A stretch of 64,000 nucleotides of DNA from Bilabrum cf. latius (GCA_965178125.1 OZ237743.1:248001-312000); one strand, 5' to 3'. Shown: positions 34,769-48,300, counted from the first letter of the stretch. Program-made: numbers and translations. Notes: generated by a model not told the origin, from the letters alone.

Positions 34769-37700
34769 ATGGATGCTATGCGAAAATTATTTAATACATC
34801 AGATAGTGACGACGACGACTCGCCAGTATCTGCGCCAGCGGCTGGCCGCAGCGCTGCAGCAGCAGACGTGAGAATGGCATTGCGAAACCATATACTTTGG
34901 CGCTGTTCTTGTCCATTCTACTCGCCTTTGCATGCTCTTAGCCGTTCATGTACAAATGTTTTGCGCAGGGAATTGAGTCAGGCCCTTCGCCACGGGCAGC
35001 AAGCGGCTTCTGTGGGCTAGAGAATCAGTGAGTAGGATCCAGAGTTGTATTCGCTCGCTATCGTGCGCCTGAAGCTGCTGCACTCGTAATTGATCGTCTT
35101 GAGAACTGCATTTGTTGCAATTTTTGTGCGTCTCGACCCGCAGGGGCGCGACATGTTACATGAACAGCCTCTTGCAGGCCTTGTTCATGACGCCGGAGTT
35201 TCGGAGCAGGCTGTACGGGCTGCCAATGGAGCACCTGCACGTAGACAAAGTAAGACGATTGTAGTGTGCGCTATTTTTCATCATTGCTAACTGCCTCAAT
35301 TGAAAGAGCTATTGCCGTCGACCTGACGATTCGTGCAGATGGAGGCCTACGAAGCTGCAGAGGCAGCGGCAAAGGCCGCAGCAGATGCCCCGGCCAAGTC
35401 CAAGTCCAGGTCCGGTGATTCCTCCGGCGACCCAGTGGAAGATGCCGAGAAAGGGTCAGAGGCTGCTCCTGCGCCAGCCCCGCCGAAGCCGCACCGTTTC
35501 CGCGAGATCATCAGCCTGGAGCTGCAGCGCCTGTTTGCTCGCCTAAGCATCCTGGACCGGAAGGACCTGGACACGACGGAGCTCACCCGAAGGGGCTTCA
35601 ACTGGACGGGAAACGAGGGCGGGGTGCAGCACGACGTGGTCGAGCTCAACCAGAAGCTGTACGACGCCATCGACAAGAGCCTGCTTGCCCTCAAAGAGCC
35701 CGCGGACCAAGACATCATCAAGAGCCTGTACACCCTGGACGGAGGCGCGCGCATGCAGTGCCTCAGCTGCAAGACCCCTCGGGACACCAAGGAATCCCAC
35801 ACGGTGACCAGCGTCCAGGTGCAGGGCCACGACGACCTGGTTTCCTCCCTGGCTGCGCGATGCAGGCCCGAGCTAATGGATGAGGTCAACTGCCCCGCCT
35901 GCGAGGAAAAGAGGCCTACCCTGCGGTGGGAGAAATTTGTGTCTGCGCCCCCGGTCCTGCTGCTGAGCCTGAGCCGGTTTGTGTTCGACATGCAGGTGCT
36001 GGACCGCGTGCGGCTCAACAGCAGGCTGGAGCTCCCGCTTGTGATCGACATGAGGCCTTTTCTTCCCGGTGGCACTGTCAACAAGCTGCAGGAACTGCTG
36101 GGCACGGCAGAATACCGCTGTGAGGAGGCTTCCAAGGCTGTGAGCGCGGCAGAAGGCGGCAAAGCCAAGGAGCAGGTAGAGGTTGCGATGGCTTCGGCGC
36201 GCGCCGTGGTGGACTCGATCAAGGCCAGGCTCGGGAAGGCCCTGCACGCCGCGCGCTCGTCCTGCATTTGGGCCTCTGGGCTGGCCACCCACGAGGGGCG
36301 ACTGAAGTCCGAGGCGACCCTTCGGGCCATCGAGGCCCTGCCGCGGGAGAGGCAGGCCCTCGTCTACGACCTGCACGGCGTGGTCATACACAGCGGCAAC
36401 GCGCACCACGGCCACTACACCGCGAAGATCAGGGACGTGCTCGGCGAGGGGATATGGACTGCTCCTGACGAGTCGTTCAAGCAGGCGAGCGAGTCGGTGG
36501 GGAAGCGAATGTTCGGCTCTGGCCATGTGTTTGGGCCAGGGGAAGGGCCGGTGCTGGCCTAGGGAAGCGGCGGCGACTGGGGAGGCAGCTCCGGCGGCGG
36601 CTCTGGCTCTGGTTCCGGCGGCGGGTCCGGTCGCGACGAGCTGCTTGCCGTGAAAATGCAGGCCAAGACAGACCCGTCCTCTCCGCTGAGGCACGTGCGG
36701 CAGGCCGTCGCGAGCCACGGCAAGGACCCGTCGACCGGGATCCGCAAGTGCAAGATCTCGCAGGTAGGCGGGGCCCTGGCCAAGGTTGGCGCCAAGAAGG
36801 GCTGGAACAAGCTTTACAAGCAGAAATGGGGCACTCTCAAGCGGTTTCTGGACGCTTGCGACGAGGATTTCGTGGTAGATGAGGACAGCAAGGAGGTCAT
36901 GCTGATCGGGGAGGACCCCAAAGGGACCGACGCCCAAGCGGATGACGGGTGGAGGCGCAAGGGGGACGGCAAGGCGGCCAAGACCGCCGACCCGAGCAGC
37001 AGCGGTCGCGGAGGCAACGGCGGTGATACAACAGGAGCAAAGAGCGGAGACGGCAACAGCGGATAGGCCCCCGCCCACCCCAGCGGCATGTCTCCAAAGG
37101 AGCTCAAGGAGACAGCCTTCAGGGCAATGCACACCCGCCTTGCCGCGAGGTACGGGCGATGGTTTTCCTTCGACGACAGTCGCGTCACGCCCGCCGGCAT
37201 CTCTGACGTGGAGGACACGTTCTCCGGGTCTGCTTCGGCATATCTTGTCTTTTACCGCAGCAGGGCGCTGGGCCATCCGGCTGTGGAGGGCAAAGGCAAG
37301 ACGCCACTGAACGGTACCTCTGGCGCTGCGCAAGAAGAGGAGTGGCGCAAGCTATTTGCGGATGCCTCTTTGCTGCCAGACGCCCAGAAGAAGATCGACG
37401 AGCACAAGGCGGCGGTAGCACGACACATAAGCGACGCAGAGTACGACTGCCTGGAGGATCCCCCGGAGATGCCAGAGGATGAGAAGGCCGAGGCTGGTGT
37501 TCCTTGTGGTGCCGGGGCGGCGGCGGCATCATCCGGTGCTGAAGGAGCCGCAGGCGATGAGTCTGGCGCCAGCGCAATTCGTTGGAGGCCCGAGGCACTG
37601 CTAGAGTACATCAGCACGCACCCCAAGATAAGCGCGCCGCCTGCAGCACCTTCTTACTGGCTGAAGCGGATCCGGGCGGAGAACGAGACCCTTTTGGCCC

Positions 37701-40700
37701 ACAGGGCGGTGTACGAGCGACTCAGCAACCAGATGACCCTGACTGTGCTGCCTCCGAGTGCGCTGGCAGTAACACCCAAGGGACTGACGCTCAGGGTCAA
37801 CCCTACGCTGCCCACAGGGGATGCCGTTATGCCGCCGGTGGGTGACGCGCAGGCCTTTGCCTACAAACCCTGCGCCGACCGCGCGGTCGAGGTGACAATA
37901 GACCTCCGCCGGCCGCTCAAGCACCTTCTCACCACGCTCAAGCACGCCTTCAGCGACGCGAAGGGGCTTGGTCTACCCGCCTCGCAGCAGGACTGGCGCC
38001 TTAATCTCTTGGGTGAGACTGAGGTCGAGGAGGCCGACGGGGACGGCGGCAGGGGCCCCGCGGCCTCGGGAGCCGGCGCTGACGACGACTCGAAGCCCCA
38101 ACCAGCTGCCCTCAACAAGTCGCTGCATCCGTTGAGCGGGGTCCCCGACGACACTCTGCTGGGCAAAATCGCGCAGACGATGGGCATGTCAGAGGCCGAG
38201 GCCAAGGGCTTCAGCTCTGGCGACAGAGCGCTCGCAACCCTGCTCGCGCAGCGACGTGTGGTCAAGCTGCAGCAGGAGGTTGAGCTGCTGCGAGCCAAGG
38301 GTAAGCCCACAGCTGTGGTCCAAAAAGACCTTGAGGCTGCCAAGCAGACCGCCGTCAAGGGCCCCGCTGTGCCCGACGCCCTGGAGATGGTCCTGGAAAC
38401 AGCAGCTGAAAAGCCCATGCTTGAGTACGCAGAGACACTCGGGCACGGGGCCGTTCTCTTGATGTGGGACGGCATCCGCCTTGGTGACACGATCGTTGTG
38501 CCCGGGGGGGAGGGCGAGCCCGTGCAGCTCTCCGGGGAATACCTGTGGCAGGACAAGGCCGAGCTAGACGAGGCAGCGGATCGGGCCGGTGGCGGCTGGA
38601 AGCAGGCTGGCGGAGGTGGCGCAGGCGGGCCTGGTAAGCGCAAGACGCCCAGTGCCCCCGTCCATCGCACGCCAGTCAGCCTTGTGGTACCAGCCACTGC
38701 CACGCTGCCAGAGCTAAGGGCGGCCTTTGCGCAAAGGGCTGGCCTCGTGGATGACGCCGGGGGTGCGGCAGCAGGTAGCGTGGCTGCTTGCGACTCGACT
38801 CCCCTTGGTGTGCCCTCGGCCGCGGCGATGGCAGCAGGGAAGAACCTGATCCTGTCCCGCGTGTCCTACGAGCGCGGCAAGAAGAAGCTGAGTGTGGTGC
38901 ACGACAAGAGCGTGGGACCGCTGCACGCACTGCGGCCCGCAACAATCAAAGAATACCAGTTCTTCAATGCTGCCACGGAGCTGCTGATCGAGCAGAAACC
39001 GCCAGCAGGCAGAGAGCAAAAGGGAATCCACGCGGTGCCGAACCCACTCGCAGACGCTGAGATGCAGAGAAGGGCCTTGCAGGCCGAAATCACCGTGCTG
39101 TGGCAGGCCGGGGGCTTCCCTCCATCGGGACCGAGGACAGAGAAGGACATCAAGTCCAAGCACCCAGAGGTGGAGAACGTTCGCCTCGACATCACGAGGG
39201 ACGCGGACGGCATCGTGGTCGAGGCTTCTGCCCGGCTGACCATGACGGTCTCGCGTCAGAATCATGTGTCTGACGTGAAGCAGATCGCGGCTGGTATCCT
39301 AGGAGCAGACCTTGGCAGCATCCTGGGCGGCGGACGGTGCAGGCAAAACCAGGACGGTGCCCTGGTGGATGACGAGGAGCTGACCATTTCCCAGGCGGGC
39401 TTCGGGTCCGGCGAGAACTCCTTGCAGGTCGAGCCTGGCGAGGCGCTGGCCAAGGGTGAGATCAACATCAAGTACCAGCTGCTGGTGGGCAACGATCTCG
39501 GCCCGCTTCCCAGGGGTGGGTACAGGAGCCAGGAGCGAGAGGTGGTCGTGGACCAGGGGATCTCACTGGCGGATCTCAAGGTGGCCATTCTCGCCAATTC
39601 CGCCAAGCACGGGGATGACTTGGGCAAGGGTGGCGTTGAGGCAGCCCGCGCCGCTGACTTCGCCACGCTCGCTCAGAACCGTCGGCTGCGTATGAGCAAC
39701 TGGATGGGTGAGGCCACCGACCTCCTGAAGAAGGAGCACATTCCGTTGGCGCGGTCCGATCTGAGCGGGGCATCTACAGTGCTGCTTGAGGAGGGCAGGC
39801 TGCCTGTGCAGGGCGAGCTTCACCTGAACTTTGCCCTGCTGTGCCCGCAGTACTCGCAACGGGTACTTGCGCTATCGCCGGAACAGGGCGGTCTTCCCAG
39901 CGGTGCCCTCGTGGAGCTTGACGAAGAGCGGAAACAGGCGCAGGCGATCGCCACAGAGGAGCTGGCCAGGCTGGAGGAAGGGCGGAAGGTGCTGAAGGAG
40001 GCCGACGCTGGCCAGGCAGCGAGCGACGGCGGGGACGGCGGCGGCTTGCTTGGGTGGGCGGCATCGGGGCTTGCTGCCGCGGTGTCTGCAGTGGCAGGTG
40101 GCCCGGCTGGGGACGGGGGCAGCACAGATGTCCCGAGGGATGCCCCGGCTGCGTCCAGCGACGGTGCTGCGCCCGTAGCGGCGGCGCCCGGTGAGGAGCT
40201 TCCTCCCCCAATGGTGAGGAGGCACTCAGCAGACAGGAACCCTCCCAGGCAGTCGGAGCCGCTCGACTACATCCGCCGAGTGAGGGCTGCCTCCCTGTGG
40301 CCCCTGCCGCGCGTCGTTGCCAACGAGAGCTGGACGGTCCGCAGGCTGAAGGAGACCGTGCTCGAGGACCCGCACGTGTGCGCAGCCTACCTGCGGGCTC
40401 AGCGCCCCGGCGAGATGTTCGACCCGTGGGCTGGGAGGTTCGTGCAGCCAGCGCCAGCTGAGCAGCCTGCAGGGAGTGATGCTGCGGCAGCAGCCAAGGC
40501 GGACAGGGAGAGCAAGGAGCAGTATTCTTCGTCTGGTGAATCTCCTGCCGACGTGCAAAAGGCGGCGGCGGCCGCCAAGAAGGACCCGGTGCAGGAGCTG
40601 CGAGATGAGGTCGATCATCAGGTGGCTACAGCTGACGTCGACCCCGAGGCCTCCCGCCCAGCCGCCCTCTCCCACTGGGGTTTCACCCCGGAGCACGTCC

Positions 40701-42124
40701 GCATCCGCGTGGTGGGCCAGCACGAGGTACCGGGCCGTGTGCTTAAGCCGGACCTTAGCAAGCTGCAGCGGTGCGGGGTAAAGCAGAGCCAGGTACTTCT
40801 CGCCATCGACATCCTACCGAGGGAGGAGCCGGACGAGGACGAGGTGCGTGGAGACGAGGTGTTCCTTTGGGTGCAGAGGAGGCGACCCAACCCGTTGGTG
40901 ATGGCGCGAAGGGCCAGGGAGCGTCAAGTGGCCAAGCTTGACGACGCCAAAGCAGCGGACGCCAAAGGCAAGGGGAAAGGCAAGGGCAAGGGCAAGGGCA
41001 GCGGGAAAGGTCGCGTGGAGGCGAGCATGGAAGACGTGGAGGACCTAGCCGTGAGGGCATCGTCTGCTATGGACACCAGGGGGTCCGTTTCGCACACGGT
41101 GGCAGTCGACAAGGAGCTGGCTGAGGCACAGGAGGTTATCTCTGCGTCCAAGCAGGCATCGCAGGGTTCCCAAGAAGGCGAGGGCGATACAGCAGATTCA
41201 GCAGCGGCAGCGGCGGCAGGTGATTCAGGGGATTCAGGAGAAGTGCAGCCTTTCTAGCTTGGCAGCGGGCCATTCAGGCCGCTGCAGGCCATCAGCGGAT
41301 AGAACTCGCCGATGTGGCCGCTGGAGTGCGTCAGGGTGCGGGCCTCACTCAAGGGGCAGCCCCTGCTCGCAGACCTGCTCGACGCCCTAGCTTCCTCTGA
41401 AACTTGCAAGGGGATGGACATCGGCAAGCTGCGGATCGCTAGGCTGCACCAGGTGAGACACCAGTGGAAGGAGCTCACGGACCAGGCGCAGCTGGAGCAG
41501 CTGCCCAAGGTGAGGGAAGAGCAGGAGAAGGTCGGGGCATCGTCCTCAGCCGCCGCTGCAGCCCCTACCGGCAGCAATGCTTCGGGTCGGAGGCGTGGGC
41601 GGCGCCGTGGGGGCAACAAGAAGAAGAAGTTTAAGACCTTGCGGGACCAGCCGTGGGGCACTCAGTGCGGTGACGTCATAGCGGTGATGCACGCGGATGA
41701 CGACCCGGAAGGCACCGACGACTGGCTCCGAATCGAGGACTACTCGTCTGCCGTGAAAACCATGCGCAAGAGGCAGGAGAAGGCTCTTGAAAAGAAAGCA
41801 GCGCGTTGGGAGGGAGGCGGAGGTGGGGGGGGTTCTAGGCCCAGGCAGAGGGAGGTCGCATTGCACATCGGGTACGACTCTGACGAGTTCGACTTCGAGC
41901 AGGTGCACCAGGAAGACGACGGAGACGGTGATGATGACGCCGGATCTGAGCCTGGTGCCGCTGGCAAGGAGGACTCTGGCGATACCGGTGCCAGTGCAGA
42001 GGATGTCGCGGCTGCTGGGGGAGCGGCCGCCGCCCCTGCAGAACCTCCAGGTGCCGAAGGCGATGAGGACGCCGATGCTCGAATGGCGAGGGAGCTGCAA
42101 GCTCAGTTTGACGCCGAAAATTGA
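34769..42124 (+). CDS. USP40-like ubiquitin-specific protease (C19) with C-terminal UIM-like DARMARELQAQF; exons 34769-34867, 34969-35027, 35144-35249, 35339-42124
   Basis: Spliced Cys box GLENQGATCYMNSLLQALF, QHDVVEL, His box GVVIHSG..HHGHY, then WFSFDDSRV and SAYLVFYR. The insert WNKLYKQKWGTLKRFL recalls USP40. In-frame TAGs at 36560, 37064, 41255, 41300; TGA end. Confidence 0.9.
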
Positions 42125-42329
42125 TTTTGCAAGACATACACAAGTATTAGTTCTGAAAGCAGACTACTTGCTTTTATCGACGTCATTGGGCAGACACGGG
42201 GCAGACTAGTTGCAGTCCTTGAGCGAGCCTGTAATACCAATTCGAATTTCAAAGCTTTACTCCTATTTTCATGCAGCGTGCACAATCCAATAGCAAGCAC
42301 CGGGTCACTCGCAGCAGAATGCAAGCGAA

Positions 42330-43892
42330 TCAAAGACAACCTCGCGCATGCCTACTGAGATCCCCTGCCCGCCCGAATGACTTGCCGCACTCCATGCACT
42401 CGTGCTTGCGCTCGCCCAGATGCACAGTGGACATGTGCGTCCTGAGACTGCCTGCCCGCCCGAATGACTTGCCGCACTCCATGCACTCGTGCTTGCGCTC
42501 GCCCAGATGCACAGTCCTCGTGTGCGTCCTGAGACTGCCTGCCCGCCCGAATGACTTGCCGCACTCCATGCACTCGTGCTTGCGCTCGCCCATGTGCACG
42601 GTCCTCATGTGCGTCCTGAGATTGCCTGCCCGCCCGAATGACTTGCCGCACACCATGCACTCGTGCTTGCGCTCGCCCAGATGCACAGTCCTCGTGTGCG
42701 TCCTGAGATTGCCTGCCCGCCCGAATGACTTGCCGCACACCATGCACTCGTGCTTGCGCTCGCCCAGATGCACAGTCCTCATGTGCGTCCTGAGACTGCC
42801 TGCCTCCCCGAATGACTTGCCGCACACCATGCACTCGTGCTTGCGCTCGCCCAGATGCACAGTCCTCATGTGCGTCCTGAGGTGGCCTGCCTCCCCGAAT
42901 GACTTGCCGCACACCATGCACTCGTGCTTGCGCTCGCCCAGATGCACACTCCTCATGTGCCTTCTGAGTGAGCCGGCCTCCCCGAATGACTTGCCGCACA
43001 CCATGCACTCGTGCTTGCGCTCGCCCAGATGCACAGTCCTCGTGTGCGTCCTGAGACTGCCTGCATGCCCGAATGACTTGCCGCACACCATGCACTCGTG
43101 CTTGCGCTCGCCCAGATGCACAGTCCTCGTGTGCGTCCTGAGGTGGCCTGCCTCCCCGAATGACTTGCCGCACTCCATGCACTCGTGCTTGCGCTCGCCC
43201 AGATGCACAGTCCTCATGTGCGTCCTGAGACTGCCTGCCCGCCCGAATGACTTGCCGCACACACTGCACTCGTGCTTGCGCTCGCCCAGATGCACAGTCC
43301 TCATGTGCGTCCTGAGATTGCCTGCCTGTCCGAATGACTTGCCGCACACACTGCACTCGTGCTTGCGCTCGCCCAGATGCACAGTCCTCATGTGCCTACT
43401 GAGATCGCCTGCCTGTCCGAACGCCTGCCCGCACACGCTGCACCGATGTTCTACCCCGATTGTGCCTGCCTGTCCACGCCGTCTCTTCGCCCTCGATCCG
43501 CTCTGGCTGTCTGCTGACCTCGCCTATGCCTGCCTGCCTCGCTTCTGGCCCACAGAGGCATCGGTGCCGCCGCTTGCACCTACCCCTGAGCTTGACTGCA
43601 TTGAAGATTGCTCTTCTTGCGGCAACATTGCGCTGCTGCTGGAGTGTCCCGACGCCACGATGGACGTGGGAACAGCTTCGGCTCGATCGCTGGCTTGATC
43701 TCGGGTCCTACCTTTCCCACCTGCCTCTCGCCTGCCCCACTAGCGACTGCTGGTCAATGATAGCGATGCAGCAATTGTGCTCATGCGGCGGTCGGGAACC
43801 TCGACATCGCTTCCACCAGAGTCGCTGTCGCTTGAGTCGCTGCTGACGAGATCGATCACCTCCCCTGAGCATGCACCTGCTGCTTGCTCCAT
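42330..43892 (-). CDS. C2H2 zinc-finger protein with 13 tandem fingers and an acidic N-terminus (SIM-like EVIDLVSSD)
   Basis: Repeated HECxxCGKSFGxAGxLRTHMRTVH units. The N-terminus from ATG 43892 joins the array via TAG 43740 and TAG 43524; TGA 42330-42332. Confidence 0.9.
42350..43440. repeat. 84-bp coding minisatellite, ~13 copies (zinc-finger array)
   Basis: Near-identical units ccgaatgacttgccgcac...gcactcgtgcttgcgctcgcccagatgcacagtcctc with a period of 84. Confidence 0.95.
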
Positions 43893-44264
43893 GGCTTCCT
43901 GGCAGTATTTATATCCAGTATTGACTGCTGATACGCAGCCAGCCAGGTGGCTGCCGACGTCAGAATGACAGGGAATACGAGCTTTACTATGCACGCCCTT
44001 TTCTTGTGTACCTGTTCGACGGTCAGTTCTGATTCGCTCCAACTCAACCCTGTATCTAGAAAGGCTTTAGTTGTGGATGCTGCAGTCGAAACAGTATCGA
44101 TGAAACTGACAACGCGTCGGTGAGATCGATCCACTCTGGTCCGGTTCAGGCTGTTTTCATCTTCACACCTTGAAGGTGCTGGGCCTGGCGTGGCAGCCAC
44201 GCTTACTTGGAACATCAGCTTCACAGGAAGCAACCAGGCCACGCGCAACCGACCACATCCCTCC

Positions 44265-44832
44265 TCACGGAGAAGCACCGTTCTCGCTCGCTGCCCCTTC
44301 TTCGCCAGACGCCTTCTCCACCACCTCCCTGCGCGCCTGCTTCTGCTGCTGCTGCTGTTGCGCCCCGGCCCGCTTCTCCCTCCACGCCTGGCCCTTGATC
44401 CGGGCCTCGTCAGACCGCTTCAGCTGGGCCGCCAGCGCATCCACGGAGAAGGCCTCCTTGAAGTCCATCGCCATCGACTGGGAATCCACCCCACCCCCCC
44501 ACCGGAAGCCCCTCGATGATCAGCCACCCATTCTGCCCCTCCTCCTCGGGGATGTCCTCCCCAGTCGCGATGGCCTGCATGGCAGACATCCACCCGCCCC
44601 CAGACCGCAGGTCACCGGACCACCACGCCAGGAACTCCGCCTTGGAGATCATCCTGTCCCTGTTCTTGTCCATCTCCATGATGGCGGCCTCCAGCTCCGC
44701 GGGGCTCAGCTTGCTGCCTAGCTGCACGCACAGGTCGGCCAGCTCGGTCGTGTCTAGATCGCCGCCGCCGTCGAGGTCCGCAGCATCGAGTGTCAAGGTG
44801 AGCGCGGAGGAGGCGGCTGCTGCTGCTGCCAT
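44265..44832 (-). CDS. EF-hand pair protein with a charged C-terminal tail; frame discontinuity near 44490-44520
   Basis: EF-hand loops DLDGGGDLDTTEL and DKNRDRMISKAEF(LAWW). The coding-like tail (MDFKEAFS...QQQQQQKQ) lies in a different frame and ends at TGA 44265. Confidence 0.65.
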
Positions 44833-45394
44833 TGCGGGCGGTGCGCTGGGTGACAGCTTCCATTGCGGGCGGTGCGCTGGGTGACAGGTGATGCCTCACT
44901 AGAGTTGAGTGAGTGAGCGTGGCTGCTCACTGCGGTCACCCGCAGGGAGGGTCCTGCCTGCGGGGGGATGCGGCTGGGACTGGGACTGGGAGGGGTCCGC
45001 GTTCCAGCCCTCTCCCGCAGTGATGCCACCACCCCCTGTGAGTGCCCCGGCCTGCGAGATGGAGGCAGCCGCGTAGGAGCTGTACGGCCACAGCTCCAGC
45101 AAGCCAGTGGAAAGTCATGTAGCGAGGCCCGGCTAGCTAGTTTGCCTATCTTCCAGGCAAATGCCAATCGGATGGTTGACGAGCTTTCCTGTCGGTGCCG
45201 GTCCAAAGGTTTCTTCGCAGGTACTATTGTATACCCATATATTGGTTATTGATGCCATTTCAAATTGCATTGTGCAACTATAACTGTATTACAACACCCA
45301 GAAAGCAGGCACTCACTACCCCCCGCCCCCGGGCAGTCACCGGAAACGGCTCGCATGGGTCGTCCTACAGTCGTACAATAAGTCCTTGACCTAT

Positions 45395-48300
45395 TCACTT
45401 GATAGTAGTCTCATCGGAAATTTGCAAGGCATCTCCAAGGTCGCCCTTCGTGCGAGCAGCAGCTGCCTGCCTGCGCATTCTCCGCATCATCATGTCGCGG
45501 CGCACGCGGAACACCGGCAGCACCCTCCTGGCCCAGCGCTGAATAGCAAGAATCCGAGAGTACTTTGTGTTCCGCTGCTGCACGTTCGTCACGCAGAACA
45601 GCAGGTCATCTGCTCCGATTGCTGCATCGTACGGCGGGCTCGTGTACACGTACGGCAGGGCCCTTCGCTTTGGTACCCACCAGTTGTTGGGCAACCAACG
45701 CATCATGCGGGGCCCCAGCTGGCCATACCGCCCACCTGGCAGCGGCCGGTTGCTTGCCTAGGGGCAAGACTCGTTGCGGCGTCGCCTTCTGCTCTCGTCC
45801 CGGGCGGATCCACCCGAGCCTATCGCACCGCTGGCTCTAGTGCTGCCAATGCCACTGCCACTGCCACTGCCACCTCCTTCCGGTGACATGCCACCAGAAC
45901 GAAGCAAGGCGCGCACAGCAGCTACTGCTCGCCGCTTAGCCACAAATCTTACAGATACATTCTGCAGCCTTGCTTCCGCTCTTGCTGTTTGGCTGCCCAG
46001 CGATCTCGCACCTGAGCCACTGGAGTGCACGCCCTGACTCATGCGAGTGAGGGTTCGCCCGTGCCTGAAGATCGCTACCGGAGTCAGCCCGTACTCTTGC
46101 TGCATCCAGGCACACACGGCCCCATAGCGAGGCATGGGCCACGCCCACGGGCCCCACTCGTCTCCAGACAGAGCAGCTGCGGCCACGCCGTGAGGGGTCG
46201 CGCCTCCTGCAGGCGGGGGCCCGTGCGGGTCGGCCGACCTCGCGTTCTTTAGGATGCGGTCGGCTTCCTTGACGGCCTGCGCGTAGGCAGCCTCCCTAAT
46301 TTTCTGGCTGATCAGCACGGAGGGGTCATACCTGGGACGCTGGGCCACCTGGAAGCCGTACCTCTTCTGCACCATTCCGCACGGCCCGACGCAACGGCGC
46401 GCGGCGTCATACGGTAGAGACACCTGTACAACCCGCCCGTCCACATCAGACAGCAGCCCAGTGATCACCTGCGGCTTCAGAGGGTCGAACAGGGCCGATG
46501 CAGTCAGGGCTTCCGCGATGGTTGACGTGTACACGGAGCCGTTGGCCACCTCGGGCTCGACCGCAGCAAAGGAGGCTTCCGTGGAGCCAACGGTGGGAAA
46601 TAGCTCGGCAGAGAGCTGCTTTCCCTTGTGGGCCTCTACCAGTTCTTCGTCAATACGAACCAGCTCGCAGGCGAGCTGGCCCTTGCGGCCATCGCGCAGC
46701 CCTCTACTCGCCAACTCAGCGCGTGCCCTGCTGTCTGAGGACTAAGTGTTGGTCATTGCCGCCTCTGTCGCCTCCTCCAAGACAGCCTCAGCATCCCGAA
46801 GTGCCTGTTGCTTTGCCCTGTGGCGAGTGCGATGCACCGACGACAGGGATGCAAACGGATCGCAGGTCGAGCGAAGCATGCAGCATGCGAACCCAATGCA
46901 GCATACGAGCCCAAACAGAGAAGCAAACACGTCGCAGCACTCGTCGTAGTCCACCATCCACGCGTACTCTCCGCAGCAGCAGTTACAAGAATTTTCTTCT
47001 TCTTCTTTGCTGGACTCGTCTTCCTTGTCGCCATTGTTGCCGTCTTCAGAGCCCGTGGGATCCCCTTGCGACTCCTTGCCTCTCATAGCAGTACCACTCC
47101 CGTTGCTCTTTCGACCGCCATCAGTCGCACCAGTTCTGGACGCTGGGCCATCCAATACGAAGGGGGGCGGGTGCTGCGCCCTGGAGAGCGCCTGGCTTTG
47201 CTACCCATTCAAGTCGAACAGCACCCTTGAGACCTCGACTGGGTCCTCCCTCATCGAAAACAGCTGCTGCTGGTGGGTAGGCCGCTTCGGGACGGGAGCA
47301 GGACTGCTGCGAGCCGCTGATGAGTTGACCACAATTGGCCCCGCATCGATCGCGGCTGCAACGTGCGCGATGGAGCTTGCGTGCGGGCTGGAGGCAGGTG
47401 TCGCGAGTGTGGGCAATTCCCTATGGCCCTCTGCATCGATCACTTCCTCCATTGCTTTGCTGAAGTGCTTGCCATCGTCGATCTCAAGCTCCTCCTCTCC
47501 CACGTCGGGCTCGTCCATCGTGCATGACTGCGCATCGTCGTCGTCAATCTCTTGGCCAGCCGGCTCAAGGTGCTAATGCTGCTGGCCACTGCTCACCTCC
47601 ATCGCGGCCGATCCTCTGCTCTGCGGTCCACGAGATGTCACCACAGAACCGTGATAGACCTCCCCGTGCGCCCCGGAAATCATGGAGTCGTGCACCTCCA
47701 TGGCTGCGTCGTGGTCCGTGGAGCGCTACAGCAGTCGGGCATTCGGCTCTAGGTCTCGGAGAAATCGTCTGCCTGCCCTGCGAAGGCAATTTGCGATGGA
47801 ACCACAATTGCGCACCTCGTCTACGATGTGAGTAGCGGCAGGTGCGTGCTCAAAGAAATGGGCGCTGTGAGGTGCAGACATGCCCGCGTCTCTCATGATT
47901 GACAGCTTCTGCTTTGCTAGCCAGCGCACCTCCAAGATTGGCCTCATCCTGATGCGAGACCAATACAAAAGCTGCTAAATGTCCAGACTGGGCACAGAGC
48001 CCGTTCTCTCGACCAGCCTAGAGGCACTGTGGTAGTCCAAGCGACCGGGCACTACGGCCAGTTGCCGCTCATCGCGGGCCGTGCGAGCCACATTGATGGC
48101 GTCGTGCATCGCAGCCAGTACGCTGTCTTCGCTTAGCGGCGCCGATCCGGACTCGGAATGAGTGCGCACAAGCTAACCCAGCATCGTACTTGTGCCTGCA
48201 TGCTGTACTTTTGTGTCCAGACCCTTGCCTGAAGAGCGCCTGGCCGATGGGCTGCTGAGGACACGGCGGGGCTGCCCGGCCCGTCGCCGCGACGCCGGTC

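Noticed and set aside
35873-37333. Long antisense ORFs (486 aa here; also 51363-52760 and 25024-26124)
   Set aside because: Expected shadows of GC-rich coding sequence on the opposite strand, with no motifs.
42350-43440. CRISPR array
   Set aside because: The 84-bp units are contiguous with no unique spacers, encode C2H2 fingers and lie in a eukaryotic context.
42271-43698. 475-aa plus-strand ORF and 334-aa alternative-frame ORF
   Set aside because: These are shadow frames of the zinc-finger repeat.
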